From positions 1,536,482 to 1,600,481 of the forward strand of contig OZ252212.1 of the NCBI GenBank assembly GCA_965248955.1: 64,000 bases of DNA, in the 5' to 3' direction. The position numbers and the translations under genes are program-made. Of the stretch, positions 28,865 through 38,240 are shown one piece after another. Each line of letters starts with the position of its first letter. The first letter of the stretch is position 1. The notes under the pieces are model-generated. The model was not told where the DNA came from and did no database searches. It saw only the letters and a program-made list of their open reading frames with translations. This DNA comes from Dehalococcoidia bacterium. GTDB taxonomy: Bacteria; Chloroflexota; Dehalococcoidia; Lucifugimonadales; QGNO01.

Positions 28865-30310
28865 TTAGCGTCTGGCCATAGAGCGGAGTTTGCCCAGTAC
28901 AATGGGCGCTATGCCCATGATGGTAATAACCGCACTGACTACAAGGGCGTCTCCGGCTCCTGCCACAAGTGCTTCGTTCTGTGGTAGGCCGTTGCTCAGA
29001 TGATAGGCTTCGCGGGAAGCCAGTATAGCGCCGGACAAAGCCACGCCACCGGAGAGGCCAATCTGCCGGCCCGTGGCTATGAAGGCTCCCGCCATTCCCA
29101 GCCGTTCCGCCGGCACCGTACTCATGATGGAACTGGCGTTGGTAGGATCGAACAGGGCGGAGCCAAGGCTAGCCAGCGATAGGATCATGGCAAGTTGCCA
29201 CACGGTTGCGCTTACTCCCAGCCCGGAAAGCAGAAATAGCGCCACTGAAACTACAACCAGGCCTGAAGCCATCAGCAACCCGTGACTTATACGGTCGGAC
29301 AGCCAGCCAGTCACCGGCGAGGTCAGAGACCGCACCACTGAGAAGACGGCCAGCACAAGGCCCGCTTTGGCCGCGCTGTAGCCCAAGCCGTTTATCATTG
29401 CAAATGGTAGAACAAACGCCACGGCGCTCCATGCCTGGAAATGCGCCAGCAGCGTAGCAACGCCCGTGGAGAGCACCGGGTTGCGAAAGGCGCGCACGTC
29501 CACAATAGGACGCTGTGCTCGTAGCTCCCACCAGACGAATAGTAGGAAGGCCATCACTGCCAGCGCAATGGCCGCCAGCACCAGGGGAGAGGTGATTCCC
29601 AATCTGCCCGCCTGATTCACCGCCAGAAGAAAGCCGCTAAGCAGGACCAGGAGGATCACCGACCCCTGGCTATCCAGGTGCAAAGCGCCCGGAGTCCGCG
29701 GCTGCTGTGCCAGGAACAGCCAGCTCAAAGGCACTGCAACCAGGCTTAGGGGAAGTCGCGTGTAGAATACCGCACGCCAGTCCAGAAGATCGATGACCAC
29801 GCCGCCAAGGAGCGGCCCACCGGCCAGCCCCAAACCGACCGTTGCGCCCAGCAGGCCAAAGGCAAGGCCACGCTCCTTGGCCTCGAAAGTCGCCGCTAAG
29901 ATGGCGGATCCAACCGAAACTACCATCGCCGCGCCGATCCCCTGCAGGGCGCGCACCAAGACGAGTTGAGCTATGTTTTGTGCCAGAGCGGCCAGCGCCA
30001 GCGCCACCGCGAACAGCAAAAGCCCGGCTACGTACAGGCGTTCCCTGCCCAGAAAATCGCCGATCCAACCCATGGTCAATAGGAGACTGGTGCTGGTGAG
30101 GAAGAAGGCTATGCCTACCCAAGCCACAACGGAGGCGTCTGCGCCAAACGTTTCCGAAAGAACCGGATAGGCTATGTTGACTATGCTCCCATCCAGGGTG
30201 GACATCAACGTCCCTAGAGAGACAATGCTGAAGGCCGTCCACTTATAAGACCAGGGGGTTTTGAGCCGCGGCGGGGCCGGCTGCAAGGATTGACTGCTAT
30301 CCAAACCCAA
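28865..30310 (-). CDS. MFS drug-resistance transporter, DHA2/EmrB-QacA type
   Basis: LDGSIVNIAYP, RALQGIG, GPLLGG and WRAVF motifs, about 14 TM helices. Confidence 0.88.
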   Translation of the reverse strand: MGLDSSQSLQPAPPRLKTPWSYKWTAFSIVSLGTLMSTLDGSIVNIAYPVLSETFGADASVVAWVGIAFFLTSTSLLLTMGWIGDFLGRERLYVAGLLLFAVALALAALAQNIAQLVLVRALQGIGAAMVVSVGSAILAATFEAKERGLAFGLLGATVGLGLAGGPLLGGVVIDLLDWRAVFYTRLPLSLVAVPLSWLFLAQQPRTPGALHLDSQGSVILLVLLSGFLLAVNQAGRLGITSPLVLAAIALAVMAFLLFVWWELRAQRPIVDVRAFRNPVLSTGVATLLAHFQAWSAVAFVLPFAMINGLGYSAAKAGLVLAVFSVVRSLTSPVTGWLSDRISHGLLMASGLVVVSVALFLLSGLGVSATVWQLAMILSLASLGSALFDPTNASSIMSTVPAERLGMAGAFIATGRQIGLSGGVALSGAILASREAYHLSNGLPQNEALVAGAGDALVVSAVITIMGIAPIVLGKLRSMARR

Positions 30311-31016
30311 GCCTGCGTTTCTTCATGCTGATATAACTTCCATAAGAGCTCTGCCCAATTACTATATGGTCGAGCACCGTTATATCCAGGAGTTCGCCGG
30401 CTGCCACTAGCTGCTTGGTCACCGCTATGTCGTCAGGGCTGGGGTTAGGGTCTCCTGATGGATGATTGTGCACGAGTATGACCGAGGGGCAGTTGGACCT
30501 GACGGCGTCTTGAAACACCTCTGAAGCACGCACCACTGCTGAGTTGACGTTGCCCTTGTACACGGTTGAAACGTTGATGACTTGATTCTTGATGTTGAGG
30601 GCAACGACTCTGAATTGCTCCTGGTCGAGTAGCGTCATTTCCGCTCCCAGCAAATTGACGACAGCCTCAGGTGAATGGATCTCCGGCCTGGCGTCACCGC
30701 TAGCGGCCAGCAAACGTTTGCTCAGCTCAAGCGCGGACTTGAGCTGAGCGGTCTTGGCGTCACCCATGCCGTGGATGGAAGCCAGCTCTTGGAAGCTCGC
30801 TTTGGATATGCCTTCCAGGCCGCCGTACTTCGCCAGCAACCTGTTGGATAGGTCTATGACGTTCTCTGATGAGGTGCCGGTGCGGAGCAGAATGGCAATC
30901 AGCTCAGCATTGCTCAAGTAGGCGGCGCCGTAGTCCCTCAATCTCTCACGGGGCCTCTCTTTGGCGGGCATATCGCGGATTAGCAGCCGGTATTGTGGCT
31001 TATCTCGCTCCGCCAT
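30297..31016 (-). CDS. radC: RadC/JAB-domain protein
   Basis: ERPRERL...LSNAELIAILLRTG, HNHPSGD and LDH motifs. Confidence 0.93.
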   Translation of the reverse strand: MAERDKPQYRLLIRDMPAKERPRERLRDYGAAYLSNAELIAILLRTGTSSENVIDLSNRLLAKYGGLEGISKASFQELASIHGMGDAKTAQLKSALELSKRLLAASGDARPEIHSPEAVVNLLGAEMTLLDQEQFRVVALNIKNQVINVSTVYKGNVNSAVVRASEVFQDAVRSNCPSVILVHNHPSGDPNPSPDDIAVTKQLVAAGELLDITVLDHIVIGQSSYGSYISMKKRRLGFG

Positions 31017-31033
31017 GATGCCCCTCAATGGTT

Positions 31034-31270
31034 CTAAGCACCGCTTTCTTCACGGCAACTCTGGCAAACAAATTCCTGGCCCTGCTCCAAGGCCATACCC
31101 ACCGGCACATTGCGCTTGCGGCGGCACAACGTACAGTACACAGCCTCCATGGGAGTTTGCCCGGGACGGTTTGGCTCAACCGAATAACCCCGGAAACCTT
31201 TGTAATCCGGGTTGAGCCGCTTCATAGCTTCGTAACGGGCCCTGTCTTTACTACGGCTCAAAATCGGCAC
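31034..31270 (-). CDS. small putative zinc-ribbon protein (78 aa)
   Basis: CxxC...CxxC (CTLC, CQSC). SD AGGAGG before the GTG start. Tightly packed between rplL and radC. Confidence 0.65.
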   Translation of the reverse strand: MPILSRSKDRARYEAMKRLNPDYKGFRGYSVEPNRPGQTPMEAVYCTLCRRKRNVPVGMALEQGQEFVCQSCREESGA

Positions 31271-31289
31271 ACCTCCTGATAGCGCCGGT

Positions 31290-31679
31290 TTACTCTACGG
31301 CAACAGTGGCGCCCGCTTCCTGCAGTTTCTTGAGCATATCATTGGCTTCTTCTTTGCCAATGCCCTCCTTCACTGCGACGGGCGCTCCTTCCACCAGCTC
31401 TTTGGCCTCACGCAGACCCAGGGTAGTCACTTCCCTCACGGCCTTGATCACGTTGATCTTGTTGGCTCCTGCTTCCTTGAGCACCACCTTGAACTCGGTC
31501 TGCTCCTCCTCCGCGTCAGCGCCATCGCCAGAAGGCGCCGCAGCTGCAACGGGCGCAGCGGCGAAGGCTACTGGAGCGGCTGCGCTTACTCCAAACTCCT
31601 CCTCCAGAGCTTTCACCACTTCTGACAGCTCAACAACCGACAACGACTTTATTGCTTCTATAACCTCTTCTTTGCCCAC
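31290..31679 (-). CDS. rplL: 50S ribosomal protein L7/L12
   Basis: [20 protein letters not shown] and [11 protein letters not shown] motifs. Confidence 0.97.
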   Translation of the reverse strand: MGKEEVIEAIKSLSVVELSEVVKALEEEFGVSAAAPVAFAAAPVAAAAPSGDGADAEEEQTEFKVVLKEAGANKINVIKAVREVTTLGLREAKELVEGAPVAVKEGIGKEEANDMLKKLQEAGATVAVE

Positions 31680-31739
31680 TGACGTCTCCTTACTAGTTGG
31701 GTTTCTGCAAATTGAGCTCTTTGAATTGATAGCGTTGTT

Positions 31740-32300
31740 CTACTTCCCTTCTTGCTGGTCCACCCTGGCCTGCAAGACGTTTGCCAGGCCAACCAGCGGG
31801 CCGTTCATCACGTTCGCCAGCCCCTGCAAAGGCTGGTTGATAGCTCTGACTAAGCGGGTGGGCAGCGATGCCATCTGCCCCAGTAGCTGGGCCAGAAGCA
31901 CCTCTCTTGGAGGCAAGGTGGTTAGCAACGTGAGCTGTGCCTCCTTGTAGATGCGGCCGTCCATCATGGTAGCGGCCCTTACCACCATGGGCAGCCTGTT
32001 GTTGCGGACGTAATCGTGGATTGTCTTTATGGGTAGAAGGGGATCGGCAAAGCCCAGCGCCAGGCCCGTGGGACCCGCCAGCAGCTCCTTCAACTCCGGT
32101 CTACCCGCTGCATCAGCGGCCCTTTCGGTCAAAGTATTCTTGACTACCCTGAACTCCACGTCGGCCTCGCGTAGATGCTTGCGCAGTCCTGTCATGCTCT
32201 TGACCGGCATGGAGGTAAAATCCGCCGCTACAGCAACAGTAGCCTGCGAAAGCTTTTCAGCCAAGATTTGCACTTCGTCCATCTTTTTCTGAGTAGGCAT
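31740..32300 (-). CDS. rplJ: 50S ribosomal protein L10
   Basis: VVKNTL, GPTG and LPPREVLLAQL motifs, plus operon position. Confidence 0.94.
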   Translation of the reverse strand: MPTQKKMDEVQILAEKLSQATVAVAADFTSMPVKSMTGLRKHLREADVEFRVVKNTLTERAADAAGRPELKELLAGPTGLALGFADPLLPIKTIHDYVRNNRLPMVVRAATMMDGRIYKEAQLTLLTTLPPREVLLAQLLGQMASLPTRLVRAINQPLQGLANVMNGPLVGLANVLQARVDQQEGK

Positions 32301-32313
32301 CCTTACCTCAATA

Positions 32314-32421
32314 AAAAATCCCCTGCCGCAAAAGACAGGGGAAGTAAAGCCAACTTGCCGGCTCGCTTTCCTGCCTCGGCGGGCCTTGATTAAGCCTCTA
32401 GTGGCGCCCGCTGTCTACGGC
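32314..32421 (-). ncRNA. L10 leader (rplJ autoregulatory element) with terminator hairpin
   Basis: Minus strand CCGTAGACAGCGGG...TTAA...CCCGCCGAGG, then a TCCCCTG...CAGGGGA TTTTTT hairpin before the rplJ SD. Confidence 0.8.
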
Positions 32422-32444
32422 GTTCGTTATTCAGTTTTGGGAGT

Positions 32445-33158
32445 CTATTCTACCCTCAGCTCGGTCAGAGAAGCAAGGTCAAGCGGAATGCTCGGCCCCA
32501 TGCTGGAGGTCATGTAGGCGCTGCGGATGAACTGCCCTTTGACGGCGGCGGGGCGGGAGCGCGAGACCATTTCCATCAGGCTTGATAGGTTTTCATAGAG
32601 CTTCTCGGATTCAAAGCTAGCCTTGCCAAAGGGAGCGTGGATTATTGCGGTCCTGTCCATGCGCACCTCCACGCGCCCTTTCTTAGCTTCATCCACAGCC
32701 CTGCCAATGTCTCCCGGCTGCACCACGGTTCCCGTTCTGGGATTGGGCATAAGCCCCCGGCGGCCTAGCACTCGCCCAAGCCGGCCTATCTTGCCCATCA
32801 TGTCCGGGGTGGCTATTGCAATATCGAACTCCACCCAACCGCCATCTATCCTTTTGATGACATCGTCGTCACCTACGTAGTCAGCGCCCGTCTCCCTTGC
32901 CGCTCTGGCTGCGTCGCCCTGAGCAAATACCAGAACCCTTACGGGTCTGCCCAAGCCGTTGGGCAAAAGCGCCACGCCGCGAAGCTGCTGATCGGCATGC
33001 CTGGGGTCTGCACCGGTACGGAGGTGAATCTCCACCGTTTCGTCGAAATTAGCCGTGGCAGTCTGTTTCACTAGGTTTATGGCCTCTTCAGGCTCATAAT
33101 GCCTATCTCTATCCACCTTGGTTGTGGCTTCTGACAATCTCTTCTTTAGCTTGACCAT
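32445..33158 (-). CDS. rplA: 50S ribosomal protein L1
   Basis: FDETVE, DQQLRG, IATPDMM, GLMPNP and SMGP motifs. Confidence 0.97.
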   Translation of the reverse strand: MVKLKKRLSEATTKVDRDRHYEPEEAINLVKQTATANFDETVEIHLRTGADPRHADQQLRGVALLPNGLGRPVRVLVFAQGDAARAARETGADYVGDDDVIKRIDGGWVEFDIAIATPDMMGKIGRLGRVLGRRGLMPNPRTGTVVQPGDIGRAVDEAKKGRVEVRMDRTAIIHAPFGKASFESEKLYENLSSLMEMVSRSRPAAVKGQFIRSAYMTSSMGPSIPLDLASLTELRVE

Positions 33159-33583
33159 TACTCGGTAACCTCTATGCCCATGCTGCGCGCTGAGCCCTCT
33201 ATAATCTTCATAGCGGCTTCCACCGAACCCGCATTCAGGTCTTTCATCTTGGTTTCAGCTATTTCACGTATGGCAGAGCGGGGCACCGCAGCCACCTTTT
33301 CCCTGCCTGCCTGGGTGCTGCCCTTCTCTACGCCGGCCGCCTTGCGAAGCATGTCCGAGGCGGGCGAGGTCTTGGTTACGAAAGTAAAGGATCTATCTTC
33401 AAATACGGTTAGCTCAACCGGGACTATGCTGCCCGTCTGGTTAGCGGTTCGTGAGTTGAACTCCTTCACGAAACCCATGATATTGACGCCCTGTTGGCCC
33501 AAGGCGGGTCCAACAGGGTAGGCGGGTGTTGCCTGTCCCGCCTCTATCTGCAACTTGATGATTGCTCTTATCTTCTTCGCCAT
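33158..33583 (-). CDS. rplK: 50S ribosomal protein L11
   Basis: [27 protein letters not shown] and ARSMG motifs. Confidence 0.97.
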   Translation of the reverse strand: MAKKIRAIIKLQIEAGQATPAYPVGPALGQQGVNIMGFVKEFNSRTANQTGSIVPVELTVFEDRSFTFVTKTSPASDMLRKAAGVEKGSTQAGREKVAAVPRSAIREIAETKMKDLNAGSVEAAMKIIEGSARSMGIEVTE

Positions 33584-33595
33584 TATTGCAACACG

Positions 33596-34171
33596 CTAAA
33601 GCTTTTCCACCTGCAGGAAGTCCAACTCTACCGGTGTCTCCCTGCCGAAGAACGACACTAGAACGTTAAGCTTCCCCTTGTCGGTGTCTATGGTGTCCAC
33701 CACTCCAATGAAGTCGGCAAAGGGGCCGTCCGTAATTCTGACGCTCTGTCCCTTGGTAAAGCCCACCCTGGCCTTGGGCGTCTCCGATGCCACCTGCTGG
33801 AGGATGTTCTCCACTTCCCAAGGCTCCAGAGGCACAGGCTTGGGCCTCTTATCACGTTCGTCTTCAGAAGACACAAAGCCGGTAACGCCGGGTGTGTTAC
33901 GTACTATGTGCCAGCTCTCGTCGTCCATGTCCATCTGGACCATGATATAGCCGGGATAGAGCCGCACCCGTTTTGGAACGCGCCTGCCTTCCCTGATTTC
34001 AACCACTTCTTCAGTAGGAACAATCACTTGGACGATTTTATGGTGGGCGTCCATGGTGGTAATGCGCTGCTCCAGGTTTTTCCTGACACGCTCTTCTTGG
34101 CCTGAGTAGGTGTGGACAAAATACCAGCGAGGTTGTGTTGTATCGGTCTGCGCTTTGGTCTTGGATGTCAT
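33596..34171 (-). CDS. nusG: transcription termination/antitermination factor NusG
   Basis: WYFVHTYSGQE, YPGY, VRNTPGVTGFV and KOW motif FGRETPVEL. Confidence 0.97.
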   Translation of the reverse strand: MTSKTKAQTDTTQPRWYFVHTYSGQEERVRKNLEQRITTMDAHHKIVQVIVPTEEVVEIREGRRVPKRVRLYPGYIMVQMDMDDESWHIVRNTPGVTGFVSSEDERDKRPKPVPLEPWEVENILQQVASETPKARVGFTKGQSVRITDGPFADFIGVVDTIDTDKGKLNVLVSFFGRETPVELDFLQVEKL

Positions 34172-34187
34172 GCTGATTCTTCCCAGA

Positions 34188-34427
34188 TTAAGACAGGACT
34201 ATATCCAGCAGTTCAGTGAATAGAATGTCTATCAGACCCAAAGCCGTGCCTATTACTACGGATACGGCAATCACCAGTAAGGTAAGCCGGACCGTCTCCT
34301 GGGGAGTGGGCCAGGTGACCTTCTTGAGCTCGCTTATGACCTCGCCTAAGAAGCGGAAAAGCCCTCCTCTAGACGCCTCTGAGGAAGGCTGCCGCCTCAG
34401 GATGCTCCCACCGCCTTGCCTTGCCAT
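34188..34427 (-). CDS. secE: preprotein translocase subunit SecE
   Basis: ELKKVTWP followed by one TM helix. Confidence 0.93.
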   Translation of the reverse strand: MARQGGGSILRRQPSSEASRGGLFRFLGEVISELKKVTWPTPQETVRLTLLVIAVSVVIGTALGLIDILFTELLDIVLS

Positions 34428-34428
34428 G

Positions 34429-34599
34429 TTATCTCACTTCCCTATGGGCGCGCGCACCTCTACAGCGCGGGCAAAACTTGCTCAGTTCCATCCTGTTGGG
34501 GTCGTTGCGACGGTTCTTTTCCGTGGTGTACGACCGCTCACGACAATCGGAGCAGGCCAGCGTGATGATTATCCTAGCTTCACTTCTCTTCTTGGCCAT
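34429..34599 (-). CDS. rpmG: 50S ribosomal protein L33 (Zn-binding type; not in the ORF track)
   Basis: Hand translation: [56 protein letters not shown]. Confidence 0.95.
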   Translation of the reverse strand: MAKKRSEARIIITLACSDCRERSYTTEKNRRNDPNRMELSKFCPRCRGARAHREVR

Positions 34600-34603
34600 G
34601 TCC

Positions 34604-35791
34604 TTACTCTACAATGTTAGTGACCACTCCTGATCCCACGGTCCTGCCGCCCTCACGTATGGCGAATCGCAGTCCGTTCTCCAGCACTATTGGCGAGATC
34701 AGCTTGATGGTCATTTCAATGTTGTCGCCCGGCACTACCATCTCAACGCCGCTGGGCAACTCTATCTCACCCGTAACGTCCGTAGTCCTTATGTAGAACT
34801 GAGGTTTGTAGCCATTGAAGAACGGGGTATGACGCCCGCCTTCTTCCTTGGTCAGCACGTAAACCTGGCCCAGGGCCGTTGTGTGCGGCGTTACGCTGCC
34901 TGGTTTGGCCAGCACTTGGCCTCGCACCACATCTTCCCTGTCCACACCGCGCAGCAGACACCCCACGGCGTCTCCGGGCTCGCCTTCATCCAGCAGTTTG
35001 TGGAACATCTCCACGCCGGTGACCACAGTCTTGCGGGTATCTACAAGCCCCACTATCTCTATGTCATCGCCGGGTTTCACCACACCGCGTTCCACGCGGC
35101 CGGTGACCACGGTGCCTCTACCCTTGATACCGAACACGTCTTCCACGGGCATCAGGAAAGGCTGGTCGCGTGGGCGCTCCGGCACCGGAATATAGTCGTC
35201 GACCGCCTGCATCAGCTCCAGGATGCCCTGCTCCGCTTGGTCGTCTCCTTCCAGAGCTTTTAAAGCGGAAACGCGCACTATTGGTATATCGTCGCCGGGG
35301 AAGTCGTAGCGGGAGAGCAGCTCCCTGACCTCCAACTCAACAAGCTCTAGGAGCTCCTCATCGTCCATCATGTCGACCTTGTTCAAGGCGACGGCGATTC
35401 GCGGGACCTCCACCTGCCGGGCGAGTAGGATGTGTTCCCGGGTCTGTGGCATTGGGCCGTCCGGTGCGCTCACTACCACGATGGCTCCGTCCATTTGAGC
35501 CGCGCCGGTGATCATGTTCTTGATGTAGTCGGCGTGGCCCGGGCAGTCTACGTGAGCGTAGTGACGGGTCCCGGTTTCGTACTCGATGTGAGCTATGGCT
35601 ATGGTCACGCCGCGCGCCTTCTCTTCAGGCGCGTTGTCTATGGAATCGAAGGCACGGAACGCCGTACCGGTGTTGTGTTTAGCCAGCACCTGCGTGATGG
35701 CTGACGTCAACGTGGTCTTACCGTGGTCTACGTGACCTATTGTTCCCACGTTTACGTGCGGCTTTGTGCGCTGAAACTTCTGCTTTGCCAT
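34604..35791 (-). CDS. tuf: elongation factor Tu
   Basis: [21 protein letters not shown] and GGRHTPFF motifs. Confidence 0.99.
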   Translation of the reverse strand: MAKQKFQRTKPHVNVGTIGHVDHGKTTLTSAITQVLAKHNTGTAFRAFDSIDNAPEEKARGVTIAIAHIEYETGTRHYAHVDCPGHADYIKNMITGAAQMDGAIVVVSAPDGPMPQTREHILLARQVEVPRIAVALNKVDMMDDEELLELVELEVRELLSRYDFPGDDIPIVRVSALKALEGDDQAEQGILELMQAVDDYIPVPERPRDQPFLMPVEDVFGIKGRGTVVTGRVERGVVKPGDDIEIVGLVDTRKTVVTGVEMFHKLLDEGEPGDAVGCLLRGVDREDVVRGQVLAKPGSVTPHTTALGQVYVLTKEEGGRHTPFFNGYKPQFYIRTTDVTGEIELPSGVEMVVPGDNIEMTIKLISPIVLENGLRFAIREGGRTVGSGVVTNIVE

Positions 35792-35809
35792 TTAACCTTT
35801 CCTCCCTGG

Positions 35810-35885
35810 TGGAGCCCACAATCGGATTCGAACCGATGACCTCGTTCTTACCAAGAACGTGCTCTGCCTACTGAGCTATGTGGGC
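35810..35885 (-). tRNA. tRNA-Thr(GGT)
   Basis: GCCCACA acceptor, anticodon arm CGTTC-TT GGT AA-GAACG, encoded CCA. Confidence 0.96.
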
Positions 35886-35913
35886 CCTTGCCCAAGATAA
35901 CTCTACTACTTCA

Positions 35914-36001
35914 TGGTGGAGGGGGCAGGATTCGAACCTGCGAAGCCCTTCCGAGCGCCAGATTTACAGTCTGGTGGTATTAACCACTCACCCACCCCTC
36001 C
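35914..36001 (-). tRNA. tRNA-Tyr(GTA)
   Basis: GGAGGGG acceptor, CCAGA-CT GTA AA-TCTGG, long variable arm, encoded CCA. Confidence 0.95.
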
Positions 36002-36059
36002 TCAAGCGCCTCAGTGTAACATGCCACCAATACGGGGCGCAAAGGAAATGGCAGGTTTT

Positions 36060-36132
36060 AGCCCGAGAGGGGATTCGAACCCACCAACCTACCGATTACA
36101 AATCGGTTGCGCTACCATTGCGCCACTCGGGC
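36060..36132 (-). tRNA. tRNA-Thr(TGT), CCA not encoded
   Basis: GCCCGAG acceptor, ACCGA-TT TGT AA-TCGGT, GGTTCGAATCC. Confidence 0.94.
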
Positions 36133-36231
36133 ACGTAGCTTCCTGCCTCCTCACCCAACAGCGACTCAAGCCATCCGTGACTTGAGCCGCTGACAAGTAA
36201 CCATTGCAAATCCGAGCAATCTCAGAGATAG

Positions 36232-36260
36232 AGTATATCTTCATGGCCAAGCGCCGTCAA
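36232..36260 (-). promoter_or_regulatory. promoter of the tRNA-tuf operon TTGACG-N17-TATACT
   Basis: Near-consensus hexamers with a 17-nt spacer. Confidence 0.75.
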
Positions 36261-36286
36261 GAAAAACGGGGCAGGGCAGCCACCCC

Positions 36287-36604
36287 CTATTCCAAGGCCA
36301 CCTCTACCGCCGCCGCTATCCACTCTTTGGGCGGCCTGCCAACCGGGTTGTCCTCTATCCAGTAGGCCCGGCATTCCAAGTCGAAACCGGATTCCAGGAT
36401 GTCCGGCTCTACGTCCATGCCTTCCACTCGCACTGTCGGCGAGCCCAGAAACTCCATCTCTTCCGCCTGCTGCTGTGAAGAGATTCTTATCAGCTTCACG
36501 TCTGTGTCCACGTGATACTCGGCAAGGACGTCTCTCACATCCGCCAGCGTCTGCTCCCAGTTGAGACAACCGTCTAAGTAGAGTAGAGATACATTCATTG
36601 CCAC
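36287..36604 (-). CDS. small thioredoxin-like protein
   Basis: LLYLDGCLNW, FLGSPTVRVEG and CRAY motifs. Confidence 0.7.
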   Translation of the reverse strand: MAMNVSLLYLDGCLNWEQTLADVRDVLAEYHVDTDVKLIRISSQQQAEEMEFLGSPTVRVEGMDVEPDILESGFDLECRAYWIEDNPVGRPPKEWIAAAVEVALE

Positions 36605-36667
36605 ACCTCATCGATATGCTGTAATCGCACGTTCATCTAACACCGTCTATTGGAAAAAGGCAACATC

Positions 36668-38095
36668 CTATTCCATTACGAGGTCTTTAGCCGTCTCCGG
36701 CTCCCGCATCTCCTCTGCATCTTTGCGCGCTTCGGGCAACATCTGGCGCACCGCCTGACCAAGGGTGGACGCGGCAATCAATTCAATGCCGCCGTCCTTT
36801 GCCTCGCTGGACTGTATCCAGGGCACAATGGCGCGGTGAAAGCCCAGCCGCTCCGCCTCGGCTAGCCGTCTTGCCAGATGAGGCACACCCCTCAACTCAC
36901 CACCCAGGCCTATCTCGCCGATGGCCACTGTCCAAGGGTCGCATGGCACGTTCCGGAAGCTGGATATCAGCGCCAGAGCCACGCTCAGATCAACGGCCGG
37001 CTCCTTCACCCTCAGTCCACCCGGTATGTTCACTATGATGTCCTGGTTGCCAAGCGGGATGCCCAACCGCTTGCTGGTGGCCGCCGCTATGAGGAGCAGC
37101 CTTTGGAAATCAACGCCGCTGGTTGTACGCCTTGGCTGTGGGAATACGGTGAGGTTGGTCAGCGCCTGCACCTCCACCAGCAGGGGTCTGCTTCCCTCCA
37201 TGGTCACGGTTACGGTGGAACCGGGGACGTCCCCGCGCCTGCTGGAGAGAAAGAGCAGAGAAGGCTCCGTAACCTCTTCCAAGCCGAGTTGCCCCATTTG
37301 GAAAACGCCTATTTCGTTGGTGGGGCCAAACCTGTTCTTGGCAGCCCTCAGAATACGGTATACCCCCATGGTATCGCCTTCAAGGTTGAGCACCACGTCT
37401 ACCATGTGTTCCAGGGCACGGGGGCCCGCCACGGTTCCGTCCTTGGTGACGTGGCCGGCAAACAGCACGGGCACGGCGTGTTCCTTGGCCCACTGCGTGA
37501 TCAGCCGGGCGCATTCCCTTACCTGGGCCACGCTTCCCGCCGCGGACAGTATTCCTCCCGTGGTCATTGTCTGGATGGAATCCACTACCACCAGCGACGG
37601 CTTCTGTGCGTTCATTTCTAAGATGACATTTTCCAGCTGGGTCTCCGACAGGAAATAGACACCCTTGCCGGGCAGGTTGAGCCGCTGGGCACGCATGCGC
37701 ACCTGATTGGACGACTCTTCTCCGGAAACGTACAAGACCCTATGGCCTTCCCCCGCCAGCTCTGCGGAGGTCTGCAGCAGAAGCGTTGATTTGCCTATGC
37801 CTGGCTCACCGGACATGAGCACCATTGCTCCCGGCACAAGCCCGCCTCCCAGGACACGGTTGAACTCTTGGAACGACATTTGCAGCCGCTGCTCTAGGTC
37901 GAACGGAATACTGGATAGCTCTTCGACCCGGGATGGGCCGTCGGCGACCCAGGAATCGCGCTTGGTTTGTTGCAGCAAGGTCTCGGTCAGGGTGTTCCAT
38001 TGGCCGCACTGTGAGCAGCGGCCTTCCCATTTGGCGTATTGAGCGCCGCACCCCTCGCACACGAAGACTTTTCTTGGCTTGTTCCTGTTCAGCAA
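36668..38095 (-). CDS. radA: DNA repair protein RadA/Sms
   Basis: N-terminal C4 Zn finger, GEPGIGKST, KNRFG and a Lon-like C-terminus. Confidence 0.96.
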   Translation of the reverse strand: MLNRNKPRKVFVCEGCGAQYAKWEGRCSQCGQWNTLTETLLQQTKRDSWVADGPSRVEELSSIPFDLEQRLQMSFQEFNRVLGGGLVPGAMVLMSGEPGIGKSTLLLQTSAELAGEGHRVLYVSGEESSNQVRMRAQRLNLPGKGVYFLSETQLENVILEMNAQKPSLVVVDSIQTMTTGGILSAAGSVAQVRECARLITQWAKEHAVPVLFAGHVTKDGTVAGPRALEHMVDVVLNLEGDTMGVYRILRAAKNRFGPTNEIGVFQMGQLGLEEVTEPSLLFLSSRRGDVPGSTVTVTMEGSRPLLVEVQALTNLTVFPQPRRTTSGVDFQRLLLIAAATSKRLGIPLGNQDIIVNIPGGLRVKEPAVDLSVALALISSFRNVPCDPWTVAIGEIGLGGELRGVPHLARRLAEAERLGFHRAIVPWIQSSEAKDGGIELIAASTLGQAVRQMLPEARKDAEEMREPETAKDLVME

Positions 38096-38240
38096 TGCGC
38101 CCCCTTTATCAGTGGGCGCATTGTAGCATAGGGTGCGGCCTTTCTCGTTATAGGTGAAAGGCAGGCTGTGACGGCTTTAAGATCAGGCTGTCTTCGTCGC
38201 TGCGCTCAGGTGGCATGGGGAATTGCCGTGCATCTGCGGT

